A DNA stretch of 64,000 nucleotides. Source: a virus. The position numbers and the translations under genes were made by a program. The notes under the pieces were generated by a model that worked only from the letters and a program-made list of their open reading frames with translations, had not been told where the DNA came from and ran no database searches. Where the stretch lies: positions 32,001-96,000 of the IMG/VR virus record IMGVR_UViG_3300043773_002546. One strand, given 5' to 3'. This document shows positions 26,520-36,500 of the stretch, piece by piece (position 1 is the first letter of the stretch; the number at the start of each line of letters is the position of its first letter).

Positions 26520-27435
26520 TGAAGTCGCCCTAAAACTCCATACCGACGCCAATGGCCATGTGTGGTACGTCCTTGGTATTGGGGGCGTGCACAACACGGG
26601 CATGATCGCCGACACGTTTTTGATGCAGCCTGTGATTCACGGCTTTGGCATTAGAGCGCGCCTTTTGGGCACGCCTAGAAACGCCGAGCTGATTACGCAG
26701 CTCTACCTGCGACGGCGTAAAAACGAAGTAGTGTCTGTTGAGGTGGCCGGACCAAATATCTGCGAGTCGCCTGCTGAGCTCAACGACCCCGCGCTGGTGC
26801 TTTTGCGCATGCGCAGCGCGCAGCTGTCTAGTGCCTGTGGCGGCTGGCACACGGTCACCGACAAGGATTATTTGACCTATGCTTTGCTGGCGCGGATGCA
26901 GCGCACGCATTTTCAGTTTGATACAGCCACTCAGGCGTACCTGCGGGCGCACCCAGTGTTCCACGCGATGACGCTCATTCCGACTTTGTCGAGTGAGCGA
27001 TTGGCGCAACTGCTCATTGATATCATTGACCCCCGCTGGTACGTAGATCGCCGGGCGCCGGAACGGGCCAGCAAGTTGGAGCTGTACTTGGGTTTAACAC
27101 CTCGTGCCCAGGCCAGTGTCTCTAATTCCGATCGTCTGATCACTCGTCCTCGGGAGTTGCGTTGCGCTACTGTGCTCGGAACCTGGAAGACTGCGGGCTA
27201 CCACGATGTTGACACGCAGGACCCCCGAAACTGGCTGTATCGCGTTTATGCGGCAGCCGGAGGCGGCCCACGTGGCGACCTGCGTGCGGGCCAGGCGCTT
27301 GTTCGCTATCTTCGGTACAACTGGCTGGACGCCCTGGAACGCCGCCCCGGTGTGCGTGACGGGTTGTTCGCGCCGGAGCTGTATTTCCGCACACCGGCTG
27401 AGATCGAAGTTTACCGCGAACACATGAAGAGCTGA
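26503..27435 (+). CDS. IS110-transposase-like / Nop-domain protein with degenerate RuvC-like N-terminus
   Basis: AMTLIPTLSSERLAQLLIDIIDPRWY...SKLELYLGLTP resembles the IS110 C-terminal HhH/GLxP segment; C-term GDLRAGQALVRYLRYNW; no recognisable DEDD acids or SG wedge; no terminal repeats. Confidence 0.5.
   Translation: MQAVTDEVALKLHTDANGHVWYVLGIGGVHNTGMIADTFLMQPVIHGFGIRARLLGTPRNAELITQLYLRRRKNEVVSVEVAGPNICESPAELNDPALVLLRMRSAQLSSACGGWHTVTDKDYLTYALLARMQRTHFQFDTATQAYLRAHPVFHAMTLIPTLSSERLAQLLIDIIDPRWYVDRRAPERASKLELYLGLTPRAQASVSNSDRLITRPRELRCATVLGTWKTAGYHDVDTQDPRNWLYRVYAAAGGGPRGDLRAGQALVRYLRYNWLDALERRPGVRDGLFAPELYFRTPAEIEVYREHMKS
27013..27030. repeat. dispersed palindrome copy 7
   Basis: CTCATTGATATCATTGAC, inside IS110-like gene. 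Confidence 0.85.
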
Positions 27436-27436
27436 A

Positions 27437-27688
27437 ATGGAAAATTTCTCCTGGACGACTGCTGCGCTGATCTTTGTGACCTACGTCATCATCGACGTGC
27501 TCTATGCGCTATACGTGCAGTCTGTCGCTGGGCAACGCCCAATGTCCGCAGCTGTGTTTGGCTCGGCAATCTACAGTTTGGGCGCCTACGGCGTGGTCAC
27601 ATACTCACACAATATGTGGTATCTGATTCCTTTGGCCAGCGGCGCTTTTCTGGGAACTTATTTGGTCGTCAAGTACAAGAAGGATTAA
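27437..27688 (+). CDS. small multi-pass membrane protein
   Basis: Three hydrophobic segments, basic C-terminus. Confidence 0.7.
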   Translation: MENFSWTTAALIFVTYVIIDVLYALYVQSVAGQRPMSAAVFGSAIYSLGAYGVVTYSHNMWYLIPLASGAFLGTYLVVKYKKD

Positions 27689-27690
27689 CT

Positions 27691-28188
27691 GTGCTGGAGG
27701 TCACTATCACGCTGCGGTTTAACCGGCCATGCCTGGGCGCCGCCAAGCGCAAAAGGCACGGGAGCTCTGTATTTTGCTTTGACCGAGATCCAAGCGGACG
27801 GGTTATGTTCTTGCCCGCGGCCTGGCTTTCAGTTCTACGTTACGCGGCAAAGCTCGCTAACCGGCATCATACCGCGGTCAAGGACATAGACTGGTGCCCG
27901 GTCATCGTCGGAACTCCGCGCGAAGACTGGCGCCGTACGGTAGTCACCAATCACGGCCCAAACGCCAAGAGCCACTACGTCCTGCACGAGGCATTTCGAC
28001 CTGGCGACGACGTCGTGATTTCAGCTGTGTTGCCCGACGAGATTAATTTGCCGGAGTTCACGCATTTGCTGACGCTCGTGGGCAAATACAAGGGGTTTTC
28101 CCCGTTTAACAATCCGCAGGAAAAGTATGGGACATTTGAAGTCGTATCAATCGAACCCGTCGCCGGACCCGGGATCGACGGCAACTAG
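27691..28188 (+). CDS. RAMP/Cas7-like single-RRM protein
   Basis: VTITLRFNRPCLG...FDRDPSGRVMF...VLRYAA; HEAFRPGDDVVISAVLPD...LLTLVGKYKGFSPF...YGTFEVV follows RAMP order with a C-terminal G-loop; GTG start 27691. Confidence 0.5.
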   Translation: MLEVTITLRFNRPCLGAAKRKRHGSSVFCFDRDPSGRVMFLPAAWLSVLRYAAKLANRHHTAVKDIDWCPVIVGTPREDWRRTVVTNHGPNAKSHYVLHEAFRPGDDVVISAVLPDEINLPEFTHLLTLVGKYKGFSPFNNPQEKYGTFEVVSIEPVAGPGIDGN

Positions 28189-28189
28189 A

Positions 28190-29737
28190 ATGAGCGCCCC
28201 ACAGCAGCCCGTGGTGATTACCCGGGTCAACAACGTATTGACGCTCTCTGGCCCGGATAACGCGCCGCTGGATCCGCAATTGATCCGTCGGTTGACGCAT
28301 GATTTGCGCTATGAGCACATGGAAGCCGTCAACGGCCCTGCCCGCCGCGACCCGATTACCGGGCAAAAGTTGTTCTTCCAAACCAAGGAGTACAAACTCT
28401 ACCGGGTTGAGAACGGCAAGGTCGTCGTGCTTTCGGGTTATCTTGCCCGAATGGTAAACCGCCTGCGCAAGCTAGGCTGCCCGGCAACGCTGGTGAACGC
28501 CAGCCCGCCGCGGAAACGTCCTGATTGCTACACGCCGCAGTGGGATAAGCTGGCAGGCAAAATTGAATTCCGCCCGCGGCAAGAAGAATGCCTGCGGACG
28601 ATTGCCCGTGTACCCTGCGGGATTATTAAAGCCGTTACGGGTTTCGGAAAAACGACATTAATTGGCGCCGCGGCGCAACTGTTTCCCGATGCTCGCATCG
28701 ACGTGATCACCAAGAGCGTCGACGTCGCCGAGCGTATCGCGCGCAGCCTGCGGCGGTTTGTGCCCAAAGTAGGCCGCATCGGCGATGGCTGGAAAGACAG
28801 GCAAAGGGTGACGGTGATTACCGCAGGCAGTCTGCAGCACGCCGACGGCGACGCTGATTTTATGTTCGCTGACGAAGTTCACCAGCTGGCCACGGTAAAT
28901 TTTTCCACAGCCCTGGCTAGCCGTTATCGCAATTCGCGAAACTTTGGTCTTTCAGCAACGCCTTACGCGCGCATGGATAACGCGCACCAGGTGCTTGAGC
29001 CGCTTTTTGGCCCAATGGTCTTTGAGCTGACGTACCAACAAGCGGTCACGTTAGGCCTGGTTGTTCCCGTGCGCGTTCGCTGGTTGCCCATGCGATTGCG
29101 TACGAATCCGGCTGAACGTTACAGCCAGCGTGTGGCCCGCAAACGCTACGGTGTTTGGACAAACTACGAGCGAAACCAAATCATTGCCTCCGCTGTGAAC
29201 GAGTATCCGGCCGACACGCAGGTGTTAATCCTTGTAGAAACAATTGAGCATGCGGTTCACCTGGGCGCCCAGCTTCCCGACTTTACCCTGATGTACGGGT
29301 CAATGACGCCTACGGACGCTGTCTATTACAAGAAGCACAAGCTTTTGCCGGAGAATTACTCGCCACTGACCTACGAGCAGAAGCACGACATGCGTGCAGC
29401 GTTTGAAGCCGGGACGCTGAAAAAAGTGATCGCGACTGACGTGTGGGCAACTGGAGTTGACTTCGAGCAGCTTTCTGTTCTAGTACGCGCCGACGATCGC
29501 GACAGCGACATTGTCGACGTGCAGGGGCCGGGACGCGTCAGCCGCGTTTACACCGCGCCCGACGGTACCCGCAAAGACTACGGCGAGGTCGTCGACTGCA
29601 TGGACACCTTTGACCCAACCTTCTACCGGAAGAGTCTAGGACGACGTAATAGCTACAAAGAATTGGGATGGGAGCAAAATTGGCATGACGCCCAAAGAAG
29701 TTGGCGTGGCAGTGGCGGCCAGGGAACTGGCGCCTGA
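28190..29737 (+). CDS. SF2 (UvsW-like) helicase
   Basis: FRPRQ, AVTGFGKT, DEVH, LSATP, ATDVWATGVD, QGPGRVSR. Confidence 0.9.
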   Translation: MSAPQQPVVITRVNNVLTLSGPDNAPLDPQLIRRLTHDLRYEHMEAVNGPARRDPITGQKLFFQTKEYKLYRVENGKVVVLSGYLARMVNRLRKLGCPATLVNASPPRKRPDCYTPQWDKLAGKIEFRPRQEECLRTIARVPCGIIKAVTGFGKTTLIGAAAQLFPDARIDVITKSVDVAERIARSLRRFVPKVGRIGDGWKDRQRVTVITAGSLQHADGDADFMFADEVHQLATVNFSTALASRYRNSRNFGLSATPYARMDNAHQVLEPLFGPMVFELTYQQAVTLGLVVPVRVRWLPMRLRTNPAERYSQRVARKRYGVWTNYERNQIIASAVNEYPADTQVLILVETIEHAVHLGAQLPDFTLMYGSMTPTDAVYYKKHKLLPENYSPLTYEQKHDMRAAFEAGTLKKVIATDVWATGVDFEQLSVLVRADDRDSDIVDVQGPGRVSRVYTAPDGTRKDYGEVVDCMDTFDPTFYRKSLGRRNSYKELGWEQNWHDAQRSWRGSGGQGTGA

Positions 29738-30416
29738 TTGGCATACGCGGCTGAGCCCAAAACAGCTGGCCGCGTACATTCGGTATCAATTCATTCGGTT
29801 ACACGAGAACGAGCATGACTGGGACGCCCCTGCGCACAACCGCAGGCGGACCCACTGGGACGGCGGCAAGGACAGCTACGGCGTAAACCACACGCCGGTC
29901 TGGACACGGATTGCCAACCTGATCCGCGACAACCACGCCGATCCCGGGCTATGGGTCCAGGCGCATTTTTCGCCGATCGCCGTGCTGAAGGCGGGCGTCC
30001 AGCATTCGGGCATGCCCGAGATTCGACCAACGCGGCTGTGCGCTGGGCAGTCGCTAGGAATTTACAACGAGTACTGCGAACAGTTGCCTGCAATTTTGTC
30101 GCAGAACTTTGAGATCGCCGGGGGAACACTGGCCAAGCAGATCAAGGCCACAGACACCTTTCGCATGGAGCCGGAAGACCAGATCTTCTACTGCATCTGC
30201 GACGAAAGCACCGTGTCGGCCTCGCCCTTTTTCCGTCACGCCTTCGCTGCCCAGCTGGACTGCTGGCGCGGCGTAGAGCGTTATCTTTGGCTGGCAGCGC
30301 TGGATTACGAAGCGCAGCAACGCCTTTACGATGCCGCGGTTGAACCATGGTGCGTTACGGAACTCTTACAGGAATCAGTGAAAGATATTAGGCGTCATTG
30401 GGAGCATTACGCATGA
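29685..30416 (+). CDS. hypothetical replication-cluster protein
   Basis: Between helicase and DnaB, overlapping both. Confidence 0.65.
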   Translation: MTPKEVGVAVAARELAPDWHTRLSPKQLAAYIRYQFIRLHENEHDWDAPAHNRRRTHWDGGKDSYGVNHTPVWTRIANLIRDNHADPGLWVQAHFSPIAVLKAGVQHSGMPEIRPTRLCAGQSLGIYNEYCEQLPAILSQNFEIAGGTLAKQIKATDTFRMEPEDQIFYCICDESTVSASPFFRHAFAAQLDCWRGVERYLWLAALDYEAQQRLYDAAVEPWCVTELLQESVKDIRRHWEHYA

Positions 30417-32083
30417 GCTTGAGCGAAGGACCGCGCGATCGTATTCATCATGATGTGCCGCTGCAGCCCGACGAAGTCGTCGCGCTGTTTCGCGGGTTTA
30501 TCCGTCACCCCAGTCTCATGGACGAGGGGTTGCGGCTCGGCTTGACTGCCGAACACTTTAACGGCCCAGGCGAATATCGCTTGGCCGTTCTTTTTACCGT
30601 GCTGCACAACGCTTTTGAGCAGTATGGCACGTATACCAAAGAAATGATTCTCACCAGCTTGCGGTCTAACCAAACCAGCGGCCAGGTGGCAATTGGCCCA
30701 GCGGACATCGAGTTCCTCCTGGGCGACGAAACCAATCAAGGCTTTATCAGCGAGACTTTTGACGAGCCCCGCGTTGATGCCGAAGCCGCCAAGGCCGAAC
30801 GTCGGTTCTGCGAGAACCTTCTGCGGCGATTCATGCGGGTGCGGCTCATCAAACAATCGCTGCAACATCAGCTTGGCGCGGCAGCGGCGGCCTCGGCCCC
30901 GACAAATATCGCTGAGCTGCTGGGCCGCTTTCACCGCGTCAGTCAGCGGGTCGAGCACCTAGGCGCTGATGTCCGTAACTCGGCGATGATGCCCGCTTTC
31001 GGCGAACAGATCGAGCTGCCGCCGCCAGCGATTCCCGTAGGCTTGCCTTGGCTCGATCAGTACACAGGTGGTATCCGTACTGGCGACGTGATCGGCGTGC
31101 TGGGCCCATACGGCGGCGGTAAATCGACGCTGTTGACCGTGGCGGCCGTGCGGATTGCGCATCACTTCGCTCTCAACGGCGAGAACAAGCTTTCCGTGTT
31201 CATCGGCTATGAGGACGGCGGCGCCAAATGGAACCACATGTTCTGGAGCGCTGCTGCCCGCATTGAACGCAAGGTGTTTACTGACTACGGCACTGACATT
31301 TGGGCGCAATTCTCGACGCGCGAGACGCTTAAAGACTACGACCGGCTGCTGCCGGAGAACCGCAACGGCGAGATCATGTTTGGCGAGCGCGAACGCTGGG
31401 AGGCGGCTATCCCTTGGCTCAACCGGCACTTTGTGTTCTTGGATTTCTCCTGTAACTCCGACACCGGCGGGCAGGGAGCAGGCGGCGTGCCAGAAATCGT
31501 CAACGCCCTGGAGCGGCTGGCTGAGGAACGCGGTATGGAGATTGGTTTCGTGGCCATCGACTACGCGGGCATTCTTGTCGAGCGCATGATGGGTTCTCGC
31601 AGCACGGATCTGAAAGACATCATTCGTCCAATCAAGAAAGTGCCAGACGACTTGCGCACGCTCTTGGCAGTGCCTACGGGCGCCACGGTAATGCTCGCGC
31701 ATCAGCTGGCTCCCGGCGACATCAAAGGCCGTCCGGTCTATAAGTACGTCGGCCACGATGACGCGTCGGGCTCCAAAAGTTTTGCCGAGAATGTGCATTC
31801 GTGCATGGGCATCAACCACCGCGACCACTCGACCAACGTTTCCACGATTTACTGGTCAAAGATCCGCGCTTTGCGGCCAGTCTCGCCTTATGGCCTGATC
31901 AAGATGGACGATCACGTTGTGGACGTGCATCTGGTCAACGACGATTACGTTGCCTGCCCAACGACCCGCGCCATCATCCGCAAGGGCGACGTGCGCGTGG
32001 TTAATCCATATGCCGAGAACGGCGCGCGCGACAACGAGCAGCGCCGCGGCTGGAGCACCGATACCATGCCCGGAGATTTTTGA
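30413..32083 (+). CDS. dnaB: replicative DnaB-like helicase
   Basis: Walker A GPYGGGKST, FIGYED, Walker B VAIDY, LAHQL. Confidence 0.8.
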   Translation: MSLSEGPRDRIHHDVPLQPDEVVALFRGFIRHPSLMDEGLRLGLTAEHFNGPGEYRLAVLFTVLHNAFEQYGTYTKEMILTSLRSNQTSGQVAIGPADIEFLLGDETNQGFISETFDEPRVDAEAAKAERRFCENLLRRFMRVRLIKQSLQHQLGAAAAASAPTNIAELLGRFHRVSQRVEHLGADVRNSAMMPAFGEQIELPPPAIPVGLPWLDQYTGGIRTGDVIGVLGPYGGGKSTLLTVAAVRIAHHFALNGENKLSVFIGYEDGGAKWNHMFWSAAARIERKVFTDYGTDIWAQFSTRETLKDYDRLLPENRNGEIMFGERERWEAAIPWLNRHFVFLDFSCNSDTGGQGAGGVPEIVNALERLAEERGMEIGFVAIDYAGILVERMMGSRSTDLKDIIRPIKKVPDDLRTLLAVPTGATVMLAHQLAPGDIKGRPVYKYVGHDDASGSKSFAENVHSCMGINHRDHSTNVSTIYWSKIRALRPVSPYGLIKMDDHVVDVHLVNDDYVACPTTRAIIRKGDVRVVNPYAENGARDNEQRRGWSTDTMPGDF

Positions 32084-32091
32084 AAGAAACT

Positions 32092-33153
32092 ATGACTATG
32101 ACAGCTCCTGGTTCCGTAGCGGTCGATCCGCTTAACCCCATGCTGTACAACCTCCTGGAGCACAAGTTCGGGGAGGTAAAGATCGCCAATGAAGGCGTCT
32201 CAGCCGATGTCCAGGAGCTGCCTGATCCGTTCCACCCGGGACGCACAATCACGCACTCCAACAGCTGGGGCGAGTATTACCGGATTAACTGTCCGTTTTG
32301 CAACGACGTCGGACACAAGCTCTGGATTAACCATCTTTACGGGGCCGAGTATCACAACGGTCGGCGCACGAACCTGCACCGCGCCATTTGCTACAAAAAC
32401 GACTGTCTTTCCGCGCCTGGCCGCCGCGAACAGCTCGAGATGCTCGTCTTTGGCCCCGGGCGCCCGCTGGTTAAGAAAATGCCTATTAAGATGGCCACCC
32501 AGGAGTTTACGCCCCTGGCGGCCTCTCCGCCGGGTGAAATTATCCCAGTGGACACGCTCTACGAAGGACACGCGGCTCTGGAGTATCTTCGGCAGAGGAA
32601 CTTCGACCCGGGCGAACTGACCAGGGACTTCGGCATCGGGTTTTGCACCCGCACAACTCAAGAGCGCGTTCGCATCGCCGCCGGGCGGCTCTACATCCCT
32701 ATCAGCTTTCACGGCAAACTTGTGGGCTGGCAGGCTCGCGCTGTTGGTGACGGCAACAAGAACCTCAAGTACTTCAACTGCCCGGGCACCAGCAAAAGTC
32801 GCATGCTCTACAACTACGACCGCGCCAGCCAACAGCCGTTTGTAATTGTCGTTGAGGGTGTGCCCAGCGTGTGGCGTCTCGGCGCGGCTGCTGTGTGTCT
32901 CTTCGGCAAAACGATGAGCCTTTGGCAGCGGACCACGATCAGCACGACTTGGTCTGGCAAGCCGGTGTTCATGATGCTCGACAACGACGCCCGCGGTGAG
33001 ATGGAACAGGCCATTCAACTTTTGAAACAGGCGCAAGTTAACGTCATTCCTGTGTATTTGCCCGATAAGCGCGATCCGGCGGATTACCCGCGGGAAGAAA
33101 TAATCTCATTGATATCAATGACCGGCGCCGCCGCCGGGCACGCACCGTTTTAG
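32092..33153 (+). CDS. DNA primase (Zn finger + TOPRIM)
   Basis: NCPFCND, IPISFHGKLVGWQAR, KYFN, VVEG, MLDND, DPAD. Confidence 0.88.
   Translation: MTMTAPGSVAVDPLNPMLYNLLEHKFGEVKIANEGVSADVQELPDPFHPGRTITHSNSWGEYYRINCPFCNDVGHKLWINHLYGAEYHNGRRTNLHRAICYKNDCLSAPGRREQLEMLVFGPGRPLVKKMPIKMATQEFTPLAASPPGEIIPVDTLYEGHAALEYLRQRNFDPGELTRDFGIGFCTRTTQERVRIAAGRLYIPISFHGKLVGWQARAVGDGNKNLKYFNCPGTSKSRMLYNYDRASQQPFVIVVEGVPSVWRLGAAAVCLFGKTMSLWQRTTISTTWSGKPVFMMLDNDARGEMEQAIQLLKQAQVNVIPVYLPDKRDPADYPREEIISLISMTGAAAGHAPF
33105..33122. repeat. dispersed palindrome copy 8
   Basis: CTCATTGATATCAATGAC, primase 3' end. Confidence 0.9.
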
Positions 33154-33162
33154 GAGCAACCC

Positions 33163-33522
33163 ATGGGTAACCTGACCACCATGACGATCTACAACGACGG
33201 GATCGATCAGATCCCCAAGCACGCGCAGGAATTTGCGGACGCCCTGTATGCGGCGGCGCAGTCCACCGACCCGCAGACAATCCGCGTGGGCAATCACTGG
33301 AATCTAGTGAAAGTTCATCCTTTTCGGCATGCGGACACCAGCACGATCTACGTGCACATGGGCAACACGGTTTGCGAAATGAGCGGCTGGAGCAAAGAGA
33401 CTCGGCGCCTCATGCGTGAAAGCCCCGCGTTCTTCGAGAAGATGCTTAACTTCATGCGCGGCGTGGTGGAAAACCTGAGCGCTGATTTCAAGAAACTCCA
33501 AGAAGAGAAAGTAACCGCATGA
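33163..33522 (+). CDS. hypothetical protein
   Basis: SD AGGAG; ATGA overlap with polymerase. Confidence 0.65.
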   Translation: MGNLTTMTIYNDGIDQIPKHAQEFADALYAAAQSTDPQTIRVGNHWNLVKVHPFRHADTSTIYVHMGNTVCEMSGWSKETRRLMRESPAFFEKMLNFMRGVVENLSADFKKLQEEKVTA

Positions 33523-36500
33523 GCGGCGGAATCACTATTCATCATCTTTTGTCTGAAGCTCTGTCGGACCCGGTCAAGGCCGAGTTCGCCGACGCGGCGT
33601 ATCCGTTCATGCCGCTGGATTCCTACGGTATGCCGCCCGCGGGCCCGGACTTCCTTGCCGCGGCGATTGCCATGGGCGACGACATCGACAGCAGTGTCGT
33701 GAAGCGCAAGAAAGAGCCGCCCACAGGAGAAAACCTCAAGTATCTCTACCGCCGGGCACTTTACGATCCGACCTTCAGTCTCCGAATTGCAATTAAAGGC
33801 GGCGAGGCTTTCGTTCGTTTCATGCCGGGCCATCTTTGGCGGCCGACGGGTAAACGCACCCACGGCCCCAAGAAAGCCCGTGTCATGATCGTCGGCAAGA
33901 TTCCCGGCCGTGACGAACTGGCTGAGCAGCGGGCGCTGGTTGGCCGCGGCGTCGAACCGCTGCGGCAGGCGCTATCCGAGCTGGGAGTGGCCGAGGAGGA
34001 ATACAGCTCCTGGTACGTCACTTTCGCCTGTAAGTTCGGTTCGCCCACTCCTGACAGCGCCACGATCCCCGCTGTGTGGCTTAAAGATTGCGCGCCGCTG
34101 CTGGCCCAAGAGCTGCGCCTTGTGCAGCCGGAGTACATCCTCTGCATGGGCAACGAAGCGGCTAAAGCCGTACTGCAGACCAACGGCAACGTTTCCGGCC
34201 TGTCCGGCCGCGTGCTGCCGATCCATTATCAAGACGAGTACGGGAGCAAGCACGAGGTCAAGGTTATGACCTGCTTAAACCCGGCTTACGTCGCCCGCAA
34301 ACCAGAAGCCTACGAAGATTTCAAAGGGCAGCTTTCGCGGTTTCTGGATATGACGCAGAATCGCACGCCCCAGTCCGAGGACATCGATCATGCCGAGATC
34401 TACACGGAAGAAGCGCTCACTGAGCTCGTGGACGCTATGCTGGCCGATCAGACTCCCGGCTCGAACATTGTTGCGGTGGACTGCGAGTGGCACGGAGACC
34501 ATCCGACAGAGCCTGGTGCTTATTTGCGCACGGTGCAGATTTCCAACCAGGATCGCTGGGCGCGGACGATCGTTCTGCGGTATGACCATGGCGCGGAAGC
34601 GTTTCGTCCGAATCTGGACGCCGCCCGAATCCAGCTCAACCGCTTGCTCAAATCTACGCCGAGTCGTCACGTGCGGGTGGGTGGTCACTTTTTCCGCGCC
34701 GACCTTCCGTGGCTCGTTGATTTTGGCGTCGATGTACGGGACGAGTACGCGCCCGCTGCCGACCACAACAATCGAACACAGGGCGGTTGGGACACCAGCC
34801 TGATGTACCACGCCGTGTGCGAGACGGCGAAATTCGGCTTGGATGACTGCGTGCTGCGGTTCACTTCCGCGCCTCCTTATTGGGAAGAGCTGGACAAGTG
34901 GAAGAAGCGATACCGAGCCCGCCACAAGGTCAAAGCAAGCGAGATGGGCGGCTACGGCATCATCCCGGGCAGTGTGCTTCACCCTTACGCCAGCTACGAC
35001 GTCGATGTCACGCGCCGGATTATGCTCAAGTTTTACGGCACCGACGGAACCGACGGTCTGCTGGCCTGCGATCAGTACGGCAACGACTGCTGGCTGCCTT
35101 ATTGGACGGCGCACCAGGCAAGCTTGGCTTTTCTGGAGATGGAACAGACCGGACTGGTTGTTGACCGCGCGCGGTCTGACGAGATCACGACGCTGTTTAT
35201 GAACACGCAGGATCGGCTGATCCAGGAGATTCGTTCGGAACTCAACTGGCCTAAGTTCAACCCCAAGAGCCAGCCGCAGCTTGCGGTGGCTTTGTTTGGC
35301 TTGGCGTTTAAGGACCGTTACGCCACCAAGATCGAGGTCCCCGAGGACGCGCGCCCTTTGGATTTAACGCCGATTAAAACAACCGGCAAGCGCCCTACGC
35401 TTTGGCACGAACTGGGCTTCCGCGGCGGTAATCGCGACACCGCCACACCCAGCACCGACAAAGAGAGCCTTGGCATCCTTGGGCATCACAACACGACAGC
35501 GGCCAAAATCCGCGACTACAAGTTTGTCGCCCAAGTGCTGCAGTCTGTGCTGCGCAAACCCAACGTGAACGAAGACGGAGAGTTTGAAACTGACGAAGAA
35601 GGACATTACGAATATGACAAGGGCCTTATTGGCGCGGCTCATTCCGACGGGAAGGTACGCACGCATCTTTTCCAGACGAAAGAAACAGGACGCGCCTCAA
35701 GCTCTCGCCCTCCTTTGCAAAACCTCAGCAGTCGACGAGAAGACGACTACAAACGAATTCTCGGCGCCGCTCATCAGCACCCCGTCAGAAGTATCCTCCG
35801 CGTTCCGGAAGGTTGCGTCGGGATTGAAACCGACCTCACTGGTGCGGAATTGGCGGTCCTCGCGTGGCTAAGCCAAGATAAAAACTTTATCGAACACGTT
35901 CGCCGCAACCTGTTGCCCGAAGAACACCCTGACCACTACGACATACATTCACAACAGGCCGTAAAAGCTTTCTGCTTGCGCGACGTGATGCCGACAAAGA
36001 CCGGTATGAAAGACGCTGGTAAAAAGGGTCTGCGCGTGGCCGCCAAAAATGTGAATTTCGGCATTCCATACGGGCGCGGAGCCGAGGCAATTGCGCGGCA
36101 ATGCAAAGAAGAGGGCGTCGAAGTTTCGGCTGAGGACTGCCAGAAGATGATTGACGCGTACTTCATCTCGTACCCTAAGACATACGATTTCCTGGCTGAG
36201 TGCCGCAAACGTTCTCAGGATCCGGGTTGGCTTGTTGGCCCCTACGGTCGTTACAGGCGATTCTTACCCGCTAGCGAACGCTCGGTCATCGGAGAGCAGG
36301 AGCGACAAGCTCAAAACTTTCCAATTCAAGGCGGCGTAGCCGACGCCGTATCAATCGCGCTGAATAACTTTTACAGGTATCGGCTCGAGCACCCCGATGT
36401 TCAATACGATATCGCGCTGCAGATCCACGACGCGATTATGCTCATCGTCCCCCGCGAGCACGCTGAGCGGGTGTACCACGAGGTGGTTCCCAGGTGCATG

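Noticed and set aside
26503-27435. Active IS110 insertion element
   Set aside because: Overlaps sbcC, has no non-coding ends and no visible catalytic residues; reported as a domesticated gene instead
26400-28300. TIGR-like array, bridge RNA or GGY/NN-periodic guide array next to the IS110-like and RAMP-like genes
   Set aside because: Flanks are fully coding (sbcC, membrane ORF, helicase) with gaps of a few nt; scattered GGC/GGT triplets are explained by Gly/Ala codons
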